Below, piece by piece: positions 22,252-30,388 of a stretch of 64,000 nucleotides of DNA; position 1 is the stretch's first letter, and each line of letters begins with the position of its first letter. Source of the DNA: Nitrospirales bacterium (lineage in GTDB: Bacteria; Nitrospirota; Nitrospiria; Nitrospirales; UBA8639); NCBI GenBank assembly GCA_965223295.1, contig CBDCWC010000003.1:1216001-1280000 (forward strand), written 5' to 3'. The position numbers were made by a program, and so were the translations under genes. Under the pieces are notes generated by a model, which was given only the letters and a program-made list of their open reading frames with translations, made no database searches and was not told the DNA's origin.

Positions 22252-22280
22252 ATTCTAACTTTCTGCAGTAGAACATGCAA
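22252..22280 (-). promoter_or_regulatory. Putative sigma70 promoter ~300 nt upstream of hppA
   Basis: TTGCAT-17 bp-TAGAAT on the minus strand. Confidence 0.45.
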
Positions 22281-22430
22281 GGTAAAAACCCTAATATCAA
22301 AAGTTTAATTTTTTTGTTACCGGCACCAATTTTTAAACGACCTAATCAATTACCTCGCGGACTCAGTGATTCGATAGACTGCGTCTGGATCAGGAGGTGA
22401 GACAAAGGAGCAGGTGATAGTAGGCCTATC

Positions 22431-22617
22431 GGGAGTGTTGAATAACACAACACATAAGAGGCAAACTTGCTTATGATCATATAGGATGTCAACAGCTTCG
22501 GGGCGGTTCAAAAAAGTCCGCTCGCCTGTGCGAAGCCGCTTCGGCGAAGCCAAGTCCAGAAAGGCCGCAGCCATCTAAATAGCGAGAACGCCGCTGCTGG
22601 CTTTCTTCAAAAGCCCC
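22431..22617 (+). mobile_element. MITE family A copy 4 (internal deletion plus inserted palindrome)
   Basis: GGGAGTGTTGAATAA ... GGGCGGTTCAAAAAAGTCCG ... AAGGCCGCAGCCAT ... TTCAAAAGCCCC. Confidence 0.8.
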
Positions 22618-22743
22618 ATACTGCTTTTAGATGTGCAGAGAACCTGCTTAAGGGCAAGTGTATAAAGAGTTGAAGGAGGCAGCAGAATCAAATGATTACC
22701 AACTAAATTATTGAACTAGGGGTGGGAGAGGAGACTCGGAAAC

Positions 22744-22911
22744 TTATGGTGTGCCCTTTAACCGATTTTTGACCATGACGGTTCCGAGGTTGGGTAAACG
22801 GGAGGTTCGCCGATGTTCAAACCAGCCAAAGACAAAGACTCCTAGTACTAAAACGGTCCCAAGCGCTAGCGTTGTGGAGTCATTCGCGAGAAAAACTTCT
22901 ATAGGGGTCAT
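22744..22911 (-). CDS. Small single-TM membrane protein (55 aa, absent from the ORF track)
   Basis: MTPIEVFLANDSTTLALGTVLVLGVFVFGWFEHRR...; AAGGA RBS. Confidence 0.55.
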   Translation of the reverse strand: MTPIEVFLANDSTTLALGTVLVLGVFVFGWFEHRRTSRLPNLGTVMVKNRLKGTP

Positions 22912-23105
22912 GTTTTCAGTTCCTTCTATCCCTCTATTTTCGGGCAGTTGCTCAATATCTTTACTTTTTCTTCTCGAATAAGGAAGTATTCCTCAGCACT
23001 AAATTTTTATACTTAATTAAATATATGTAATTCTAGTAAAAGAAAGCCGTCTTTTTAACGACAAACCGACTTTCTTGTCAATGGAGGCTGTCAGTATAAT
23101 GAGCC

Positions 23106-23591
23106 ATGAAAGTAACTACACTTTACTGCCCTAAATTGCTGCATTTGATGGGTATCCTGTTGGTGAGCAGTTTACTATGCCTCGGGTCCGCCTCTCCACT
23201 ATGGAGTGCTACAACAACCAGTCTTACGCCAACTCCAAACTTGGAGGCTCTAGAGGTTGTGATTGATATCCGTTCTCGAGAATTTCGGCCACAGACCACG
23301 GAGATTCGAGTTGGGGGAAAAACCCGTTTGGTGTTAAAAAACTTAGACACTGAACTTCATGCCTTTGTTCCCGTGGGATTATTCAGCGAGTCTCATGTGA
23401 CTGTCACCGGCAATGGGGCACCACAGTTTGCGAAAGAAGGTTTTGTGCGGGTTCTGCTTCCGACGCGAGGACAGACCGAAATCGAATTTACGCCCATACG
23501 TCCTGGAACCTACCCGTATTTCTGCGATTTACCAGGCCATGTGATGCGAGGTACTATCGTGGTGCGTGAGAAATTGCCTATGGTAGAGTGA
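23106..23591 (+). CDS. Exported cupredoxin-domain protein
   Basis: Signal peptide; ELHAF and YFCDLPGHVMRG type-1 Cu ligands. Confidence 0.85.
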   Translation: MKVTTLYCPKLLHLMGILLVSSLLCLGSASPLWSATTTSLTPTPNLEALEVVIDIRSREFRPQTTEIRVGGKTRLVLKNLDTELHAFVPVGLFSESHVTVTGNGAPQFAKEGFVRVLLPTRGQTEIEFTPIRPGTYPYFCDLPGHVMRGTIVVREKLPMVE

Positions 23592-23683
23592 GAGCTTTGG
23601 TTCTGGGGTTCATAACCCCTTAAGTTTTAAGTTACATACACATTTACTAAATATGTTTTATTTACCCTGTTTGTGAGGAGGAG

Positions 23684-25441
23684 TTGGGTTCCATGAGTAC
23701 AGTTTTTCGTCAACACATCGCGATAGATACCCCCAAAAGCAGAGGCAGAAAAGGCCCTGTTTCTAAAAGACCAATGTCTAGAACTACCGCTATATGCATG
23801 GTCATTGTTTTGGGCTGCTTTTACATATCACCCATTTGTTCATGGCCTAGTAGAGCCTATGCCAGTCCCTCTGAAGCCTCACTGACTACGATACGTGAAT
23901 TTGCGCAGGCCGTCAGTCAAGGTGACCGGGTGGCCGCAGGCCAACGTGATTTTGTGTGTCTGTTGAAAATGGCGCAGCAGCAATTGTTTGTCGACGGAAA
24001 TTTTCCTGATGCTCTGAGCCCCATTTATGAATGGTGTGCACAGCGTCGGATAACTGCGCATGAACAGGTTGTGGATCAACACGATCGAAGTTTAGATAAT
24101 ATTTGGCCTGGCCCTGGGAAATTAATCGACTTCGGAGACTTTCAACGATTTTATATTGCGGAAACCAGAAATGAACAACTAGCCCCATCCTTTTTTGTGA
24201 TGGATGAGATCGCCAGGCAGGAGCCTGATCAGCCTTTTACTATTGAAGCAGGGGAATCCGGCACATTACCTCATGCCTCCTTCCCTTCCGCTGATGAGAG
24301 CACAGTCCAAGCCGCGCCAACGACCTATATCATTACCACTATCTCCTATCCCAACCCGCTCACCGCTCCAATTTCTAATGGCCCTGGCGTAAAAGATTGG
24401 GCGACTCCGTATAAAAAAGTCCAGCGTGTGATCCAATCTGTCGAAGTGAAATGGGTTATCCTTTCGGATCTGAAATCACTAGGGTTTCCGATTGATCAAG
24501 CCATCCTTGATCTTCCATTAGAAGGCCCACATGGGACAACGATACCTTTTGTGGTGGATGCCGGAGGCTATGTTCCCCATTCCACGAAATGGTTTGGTCC
24601 GAATGATCAAACTGAAACGGCAGTGGCTGGTATCAAACAGGCACAGGCTGCTTCAAATTCCTTCGATGCCCTCATGCAACTCAACCGGCTTTTGATGATT
24701 GCACCTGGCAATAAAGAGGTCTTGAGAGTCTTTGCCAATCAACTGTACCAGGGACTGTTAAGCTATGGGAGTCGCCTGAATAGCATTCCTATCGGAGATG
24801 ATCGCCTCTCTCAACGATTCAATGAATTGTATTGGACTGTCCAATCGCAAACCGATCGTTTTGATTTGTCGTTGGGTATGGAAATTGGCGGAAAATCTGA
24901 GCCGATGCCGGCCGATTACTTGTATCGAATGATTCCCGTCATGGAAGCGTTGGCCTCCCTTGAACCGGGAGACTTTGAAAATCGCATGCATCTCATTTCA
25001 ACCTACCGATGGAATAATGACCAACGAGCCGCGCTGTCGGCTCCACAAGAATTGTTGGCAGAAGTCCCAGCAGAACAAAAAGAAATGCGTGCAGAAGTCT
25101 TATTAGAGTTAGCGTGGGCTCGAATCGGCAAAGTGGCGTGGAACCGACATTACGATGATCCTGATATTCGCAAAGGCTATGATGCCGCCAAGCGTGCGTT
25201 TGATCTCACGGAAGACCCTCTGAATAAATTTACGGCTGCTTATGCAATGGCCTATAGCCTAGCCTTTCATGTCCCACGCGACAATCAAGCCATGCTGGAT
25301 CTGCTGCAACAAGCCAAAGAATGGTACCAGAAAATTCCAGGAGCCAACTCTCAAAGCTGGGCATATATGTTGGAAAATGACACGCTTAAGGGTATAGTCC
25401 AAACCGATCCAACCTTCAAAGCATTATTGGCTGCACGATAA
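23684..25441 (+). CDS. Hypothetical exported protein with helical-repeat (TPR-like) C-terminus
   Basis: 585-aa ORF with hydrophobic N-terminal segment; GAGGAG RBS. Confidence 0.7.
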   Translation: MGSMSTVFRQHIAIDTPKSRGRKGPVSKRPMSRTTAICMVIVLGCFYISPICSWPSRAYASPSEASLTTIREFAQAVSQGDRVAAGQRDFVCLLKMAQQQLFVDGNFPDALSPIYEWCAQRRITAHEQVVDQHDRSLDNIWPGPGKLIDFGDFQRFYIAETRNEQLAPSFFVMDEIARQEPDQPFTIEAGESGTLPHASFPSADESTVQAAPTTYIITTISYPNPLTAPISNGPGVKDWATPYKKVQRVIQSVEVKWVILSDLKSLGFPIDQAILDLPLEGPHGTTIPFVVDAGGYVPHSTKWFGPNDQTETAVAGIKQAQAASNSFDALMQLNRLLMIAPGNKEVLRVFANQLYQGLLSYGSRLNSIPIGDDRLSQRFNELYWTVQSQTDRFDLSLGMEIGGKSEPMPADYLYRMIPVMEALASLEPGDFENRMHLISTYRWNNDQRAALSAPQELLAEVPAEQKEMRAEVLLELAWARIGKVAWNRHYDDPDIRKGYDAAKRAFDLTEDPLNKFTAAYAMAYSLAFHVPRDNQAMLDLLQQAKEWYQKIPGANSQSWAYMLENDTLKGIVQTDPTFKALLAAR

Positions 25442-25598
25442 AGGGATGACAGAATTACAGAAAATTCTTAAAAGGTGAAACGTAAGGTGTTGCGAGGAAC
25501 GATCTACATGTATTGATTCGTGTCCTCGCGCCTTGCTGTTCATGGTTCGACCGTCAGTCTTTCCCGCCCGTTTGTATCTTGACCCTGTCCACTAAATC

Positions 25599-26984
25599 AT
25601 GGAATTAGATTTTCGTAAAAATCCTCACATTCTCAGTAACATGTTGGATGTCATGGCTGACGGCGTCTTTACCGTGGATGCCAAAGGTCTCATTGTTGCG
25701 TGGAGTACGGGGGCTGCGCGGATTACTGGTTTTTCCAGCGATGATGTGATTGGAAAATCCTGTCATATTTTAGAAGGGAAAAATTGTAAGGGGTTTCAAG
25801 TATTAGCAGACTTTTTGGACAATCCGACTCCCTATCCTTGGGGTATTTGCAATCAAGAATGTAAAGTCTTGGGCAAAGACGGGAGAGAACTCTACCTCTA
25901 TGGCAATGTTTCCATTCTCAGAGATGGACAAGGCAATGTGGCAGGTGCCGTGGGGACCTTTACCGATCTCACGGCATTCATTCTGAATAATCAAAAGATT
26001 GCTGTTCTCGAAGAACAAACGAAATCGCGTGAAGCTTTTCAGCAGCTCATTGGCAAAAGTCCTGCGATGCAGGAAGTCTTTCGTCGATTACGTCTGTCCG
26101 CACAAAGTGATGTGACGGTCCTCCTCACAGGAGAATCCGGCACCGGTAAAGAATTAGCCGCCCGCGCTATCCATGCACTCAGTGGACGTAAGGATAAGCC
26201 GTTTTTTGCGATTAATTGCTCTGCGATTCCTGAAACCTTATTGGAAAGTGAGTTGTTTGGCCATGTGAAAGGCGCATTTACGGGCGCGATTCGAGACAAG
26301 ATTGGTGTCTTTCAAGCCACGGAAGGCGGTACCTTATTTCTAGATGAGATTGGGGACACTAGTCCCCTACTCCAACTTAAGTTACTGCGCGTTCTTCAGG
26401 AGAATGAAATTCGGAGGGTGGGGGATGACCGAGCCATCAAGGTGGATGTCCGTTTGATCACAGCCACTAATCGCAATTTACAAATCCTGATGACTGAAGG
26501 AACCTTGCGAGAAGACTTCTACTACCGTATTCATGTCTTTGAAATTACTCTACCGCCTCTACGGGAGCGTCGCGCGGATATTCCACTCCTCGTCAATCAT
26601 TTCATGAAGAATAATGCTACAATCTTTCAACGTGACATTACCGAAGTCGCACAAGATGCTTTAAAACGGCTTCAAGAATATCACTGGCCCGGAAATGTTC
26701 GAGAACTCAAGAATGCCATTGAACATGCCTTTGTGACTGTGGCTGATAATTGCATCACTCTTTGGGATTTGCCTCCGGAAGTTCAACGTCCTTCATTAAA
26801 GACCTCTTCCCCATCCAAACCTTTTGGGTCGCCTCTGGACCCGGCTGAGGAAAATCGGATTCGAGAAGCCCTTCAGCAAACACAAGGCAACAAGACCGAA
26901 GCAGCCAAGCTTCTGGGGATGAGCCGGGTCACTCTGTGGAAGAAACTCAAACACCTTTCCCTCGAATCCCCTGCCTCAGCGTAG
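25599..26984 (+). CDS. PAS-domain sigma54-dependent activator (bEBP) with Fis-type HTH
   Basis: N-terminal [52 protein letters not shown]. Confidence 0.96.
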   Translation: MELDFRKNPHILSNMLDVMADGVFTVDAKGLIVAWSTGAARITGFSSDDVIGKSCHILEGKNCKGFQVLADFLDNPTPYPWGICNQECKVLGKDGRELYLYGNVSILRDGQGNVAGAVGTFTDLTAFILNNQKIAVLEEQTKSREAFQQLIGKSPAMQEVFRRLRLSAQSDVTVLLTGESGTGKELAARAIHALSGRKDKPFFAINCSAIPETLLESELFGHVKGAFTGAIRDKIGVFQATEGGTLFLDEIGDTSPLLQLKLLRVLQENEIRRVGDDRAIKVDVRLITATNRNLQILMTEGTLREDFYYRIHVFEITLPPLRERRADIPLLVNHFMKNNATIFQRDITEVAQDALKRLQEYHWPGNVRELKNAIEHAFVTVADNCITLWDLPPEVQRPSLKTSSPSKPFGSPLDPAEENRIREALQQTQGNKTEAAKLLGMSRVTLWKKLKHLSLESPASA

Positions 26985-27008
26985 CGGCAAACTGTCCGCA
27001 TATCATAT

Positions 27009-27047
27009 TGTTAATATGTTAAGTTAACGGTTAACAATTTCTGTTAA
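27009..27047. promoter_or_regulatory. Candidate bEBP upstream activating sequence (UAS) 1
   Basis: GTTAAC-G-GTTAAC (27023-27035) plus further TGTTAA half sites. Confidence 0.65.
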
Positions 27048-27101
27048 ATTATTTCCCTTTGTGCTGAAACATTCTCTTGCAAAAACCATCATAAAAATTC
27101 A

Positions 27102-27114
27102 TAAATATTTGATT
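27102..27114 (-). promoter_or_regulatory. IHF-like site between UAS and sigma54 promoter
   Basis: Minus strand AATCAA-ATAT-TTA matches WATCAANNNNTTR. Confidence 0.5.
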
Positions 27115-27152
27115 TATTTAATATTTATAGATTTTGTTATAGTATATGGTAA

Positions 27153-27168
27153 TGGCATAGACGTTGCT
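27153..27168 (+). promoter_or_regulatory. Sigma54 promoter 1
   Basis: TGGCATAGACGTTGCT, GG-N10-GC. Confidence 0.85.
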
Positions 27169-27203
27169 TTATATAGTCGGTGAGGAAAATGGAGGAGAAT
27201 GTT

Positions 27204-27788
27204 ATGAGCACCACATTACTTGATCATGAGCAACAATCTGAGCAGCCAACTGTTCAGGGTGAGTACCTGAAAAGTGATCCGTTGTATATCGATGTCCGAA
27301 CACCTCAAGAATTTGAAGGTGTGCATATACCGGGCGCACGAAATATTCCTTTACCTGATTTACATTTATATGTAGATGAGTTGCGAGCCCTTGCACAACA
27401 ACGCCCTATTATCTTGGTATGCCGCACACAGAATCGAGTGAAGATTGCTCGAGACTATTTGACCAACAATGGTCTAAAAAATTGTGAAATTTTGGAGGGC
27501 GGAATCACCGCTTGGGTTGATCAAGGTAAGCCTGTCATCACAGGGCAACAGGGTATCTCATTGGAAGGGCAAGTTCGGGCTATAGCAGGCGGATTGATCT
27601 TACTCGGTGTTGCGTTAGGTTTCACGGTGCATAACGGATTCTTTCTTCTCCCTGCCATGGTAGGGGCAGGACTGCTTCACGCCGGATTAACGGATTCATG
27701 TTTAATGGGCATGCTCCTTTCCAAGCTACCCAGAAACCGAATCCGGAATTCCCCCTCCACCAATGGAAAGAAAGGAGCTTCACCATGA
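27204..27788 (+). CDS. Membrane rhodanese + DUF2892 (YgaP-like) sulfurtransferase
   Basis: DVRTPQEF, HIPGA, CRTQNR loop, LEGGITAW, SLEGQVR..AGL..C; GGAGGAG RBS. Confidence 0.9.
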   Translation: MSTTLLDHEQQSEQPTVQGEYLKSDPLYIDVRTPQEFEGVHIPGARNIPLPDLHLYVDELRALAQQRPIILVCRTQNRVKIARDYLTNNGLKNCEILEGGITAWVDQGKPVITGQQGISLEGQVRAIAGGLILLGVALGFTVHNGFFLLPAMVGAGLLHAGLTDSCLMGMLLSKLPRNRIRNSPSTNGKKGASP

Positions 27789-28006
27789 ATTGTCCACGAT
27801 GCGAAGGCTTATTGTTGAGCGACCAAACCTACAATGCAGATGAGGCGCTCTATGTTTTGTCAATTTGGCGCTGTCTCAACTGTGGAGAAACATTTGACTC
27901 CATGATTTTACAAAATCGAATCGATCAAAAAGAGAAGGGGATGCCGGAACGTTCTAAGTCTACTAATTGGGTAGACCACAGAAACCCACTGGCTATCACT
28001 CGCTAG
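27785..28006 (+). CDS. Small zinc-ribbon protein (MNCPRCxGL...CxNCG)
   Basis: Two CxxC pairs; ATGA overlap with the upstream stop; AGGAG RBS. Confidence 0.8.
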   Translation: MNCPRCEGLLLSDQTYNADEALYVLSIWRCLNCGETFDSMILQNRIDQKEKGMPERSKSTNWVDHRNPLAITR

Positions 28007-28082
28007 AAGACCTATAATTTTTCTCTGTCCGTCATCAAGAATTCGGACATGTCCATCACACATTCATAACAAGGAGGTCGCA

Positions 28083-28595
28083 ATGCATCGTTCAGTCCGT
28101 TCCCTATTATTCGTCGGAGCTTTAAGCTTTCTCGCAATGGGGTGTATGACCACTCCAGCCATGAGTGAAGGAGGAGGCCCAGCTCATGGATATGACATTC
28201 ATGTGCAAGCCCCCCACATGATGCCCGACGGGACACCCGGAGGTCCATTCCACCATTATTGCAAGGGGATTAATGACAAGATTCTCCAATGTCTCTTGTT
28301 TGAATCCACGGATGCCAATGCTCCGCTGGTTGCCATCGAATACTTCGTGGCTAAAGATCTTTCACGAAAACTTCCAGTTATTCAATGGCATCGGTTCTTC
28401 CATGATCATGAAGTAGAAATTGCCACGGGACGCGTACAGATTTTGGACATCGATGATCCCGAAAAAGTGAAGGCTATTGCTGAAGCTGCCGGTAAAACCG
28501 ATGGGGTGATTTATCATCTTTGGCAAAAAGGGAAAGAATTCCCAGATGGGACCGTGACCTACCCTCAATCACTTGGACATTCGTTTCCCCAATAA
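28083..28595 (+). CDS. DUF1264/OBAP-like lipoprotein
   Basis: Lipobox AMGC, HHYC...QCLLF...IEY...WH..HDHEVE. Confidence 0.75.
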   Translation: MHRSVRSLLFVGALSFLAMGCMTTPAMSEGGGPAHGYDIHVQAPHMMPDGTPGGPFHHYCKGINDKILQCLLFESTDANAPLVAIEYFVAKDLSRKLPVIQWHRFFHDHEVEIATGRVQILDIDDPEKVKAIAEAAGKTDGVIYHLWQKGKEFPDGTVTYPQSLGHSFPQ

Positions 28596-28664
28596 TCTGA
28601 ATAACAGCTCATCTAGGAGCGGGGGATCAACCAGATTCCCCGTTCATCTCAAAGGATAGACAGC

Positions 28665-29120
28665 ATGGAGAGCAGGCCAACACATACAACGATAGTACTG
28701 TTCGGATTCATCCTGTGGGCTGGGAGTACGTTATCCGTTTCTTTTGCCGCAGACCCCGCCGTCCTTAAACCTCGAGTACCGAACACGGAAATAGAGGAAG
28801 CGCGAACCTGGGTAAACCCCTTTCCTGCCACGCCTGAAAATATTGAGCAGGGCAAGCTCATTTTTCACGGAAAAGCCTTTTGCGTAACTTGCCACGGAAG
28901 AGATGGGAAGGGGCTGGGAAATATCCCTGGCCTGCGAGGAAAGCTGCCTCGGAATTTTACAGACAAAGCCTGGCAAGAAGCCAGAACGGATGGTGAGTTA
29001 CTTTGGATTTTAAAAAACGGTAGTCCGGGCACTGATATGGCTTCATTCATTCCACTAGTATTGACCGAAGAAGAAGCCTGGCATGTCTTGCTGTATGTCC
29101 GATCATTTGGAAAGTACTAG
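28665..29120 (+). CDS. Monoheme cytochrome c
   Basis: Signal peptide, CVTCH, TDGEL.WI..G.PGT.M. Confidence 0.92.
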   Translation: MESRPTHTTIVLFGFILWAGSTLSVSFAADPAVLKPRVPNTEIEEARTWVNPFPATPENIEQGKLIFHGKAFCVTCHGRDGKGLGNIPGLRGKLPRNFTDKAWQEARTDGELLWILKNGSPGTDMASFIPLVLTEEEAWHVLLYVRSFGKY

Positions 29121-29157
29121 AGCAACAACGAAGAGTGGAGTATTGGAAGACGGAACT

Positions 29158-29567
29158 ATGGAGCGATATCCAACAACCAACTTCCTGCGGACCTTATCAA
29201 GGATTGGGTTTGTCATTCTAGTCTAGTTTATGTCTTGTTTGCTGTCCTCTCTCCGGCCATCGCTTCATTACCGGGACTTCGAATTACTATACAGACCTTT
29301 TCCCCCCACTTTTCTCCTACATTAGCCAAGATAGTAACTGGCACCACAGTTTCCTGGGAAAACCCTACCAGCACCCTTCATTCCATTACCCATGATGGAT
29401 GTCAGAAGATGGAAAAATGTGCGTTTGATTCAGGACCCCTTGGCCCCAATCGCACCTTTTCTATAGATGCACTACCACCCGGCCAGTATCCTTACCATTG
29501 CTCGTTTCATCCCATTATGCGCGGGGCTCTTGTTGTCCTTGAGTCTGATAGTAGTCATGAAACCTAA
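29158..29567 (+). pseudogene. Plastocyanin/amicyanin-like cupredoxin, frameshifted in its signal peptide
   Basis: HSIT and YHCSFHPIMRG ligands; tandem TCTAG-TCTAG (29217-29226) breaks the frame from ATG 29158; residual ORF 29235-29567. Confidence 0.7.
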
Positions 29568-29734
29568 CTGAACGAGCTTCGACCCGTTAAATGGAATGGA
29601 TGAATTCTGAAGTTCCCGTACGGGCATTCCACCACTAGCCACCTGTGTTCCTGAAATTCGAGTCTCCGTTTGTGATGGGTCAGCCAAATACTTTCCTATT
29701 CTTTATGCATGAACATTCATGCGGATGACCCAAT

Positions 29735-29751
29735 GCGTTAACAGTTAACGC
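29735..29751. promoter_or_regulatory. Candidate bEBP UAS 2
   Basis: Perfect palindrome GCGTTAAC-A-GTTAACGC. Confidence 0.65.
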
Positions 29752-29843
29752 GTGAACTTAACAGGCTTATCAAACCCACTCTCTGCGTTCAAAAATATTT
29801 TGATAAACAATTGAAATATAATAATTTTCATATTATTTATTGT

Positions 29844-29859
29844 TGGTATTTGTCTTGCT
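29844..29859 (+). promoter_or_regulatory. Sigma54 promoter 2
   Basis: TGGTATTTGTCTTGCT, GG-N10-GC. Confidence 0.75.
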
Positions 29860-29926
29860 AAATACTAAGAGAAATAGAGGAATACACGTTCAATACTTCA
29901 CTTCTAAAAATTTAAGGAGAAGAGTT

Positions 29927-30328
29927 ATGGAAGAAACAAATGGACGAGTCATGGTGGTGGATGATGAAGCTGATGTTCGAAAGGTTGCCACAATGTGTTT
30001 GGAAAAAGCTGGCTACCAAGTCATTGAAGCCGAAGACGGAGAACAAGCCATACAGGAAATTAAGCAAGGGGACAATCCTGTGATGTTGGATGTCATTATC
30101 ACAGACATTAATATGCCTAAAGTGAACGGCTTAGAAGCCATTGAATTCTTTCAACAAGAATGGCCTCATGTGCCGTTGATTGTGATGACAGGATATCCAA
30201 ACCTGGAGACCGCAAAAGAGTTAATGAAACGAGGGTTAGTGGACTATTTGGTCAAACCCGTGGATAGAGAAAAGTTGATAGCGGCTGTGGAAAAAGGCAT
30301 GGGTCAAAGAGAACTGAGTAGTTTTTAG
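29927..30328 (+). CDS. Single-domain response regulator
   Basis: VVDDE, ITDINMP, MTG, YLVKP; AAGGAG RBS. Confidence 0.93.
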   Translation: MEETNGRVMVVDDEADVRKVATMCLEKAGYQVIEAEDGEQAIQEIKQGDNPVMLDVIITDINMPKVNGLEAIEFFQQEWPHVPLIVMTGYPNLETAKELMKRGLVDYLVKPVDREKLIAAVEKGMGQRELSSF

Positions 30329-30349
30329 TTAGGCCAATTCAATGATAAG

Positions 30350-30388
30350 CGGTCCCTCGTCCATCTAAATTTCATTGGACGGGGGACC
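30350..30388 (+). terminator. Stem-loop between response regulator and kinase
   Basis: GGTCCCTCGTCCA...TGGACGGGGGACC followed by TGTTTTT. Confidence 0.55.
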
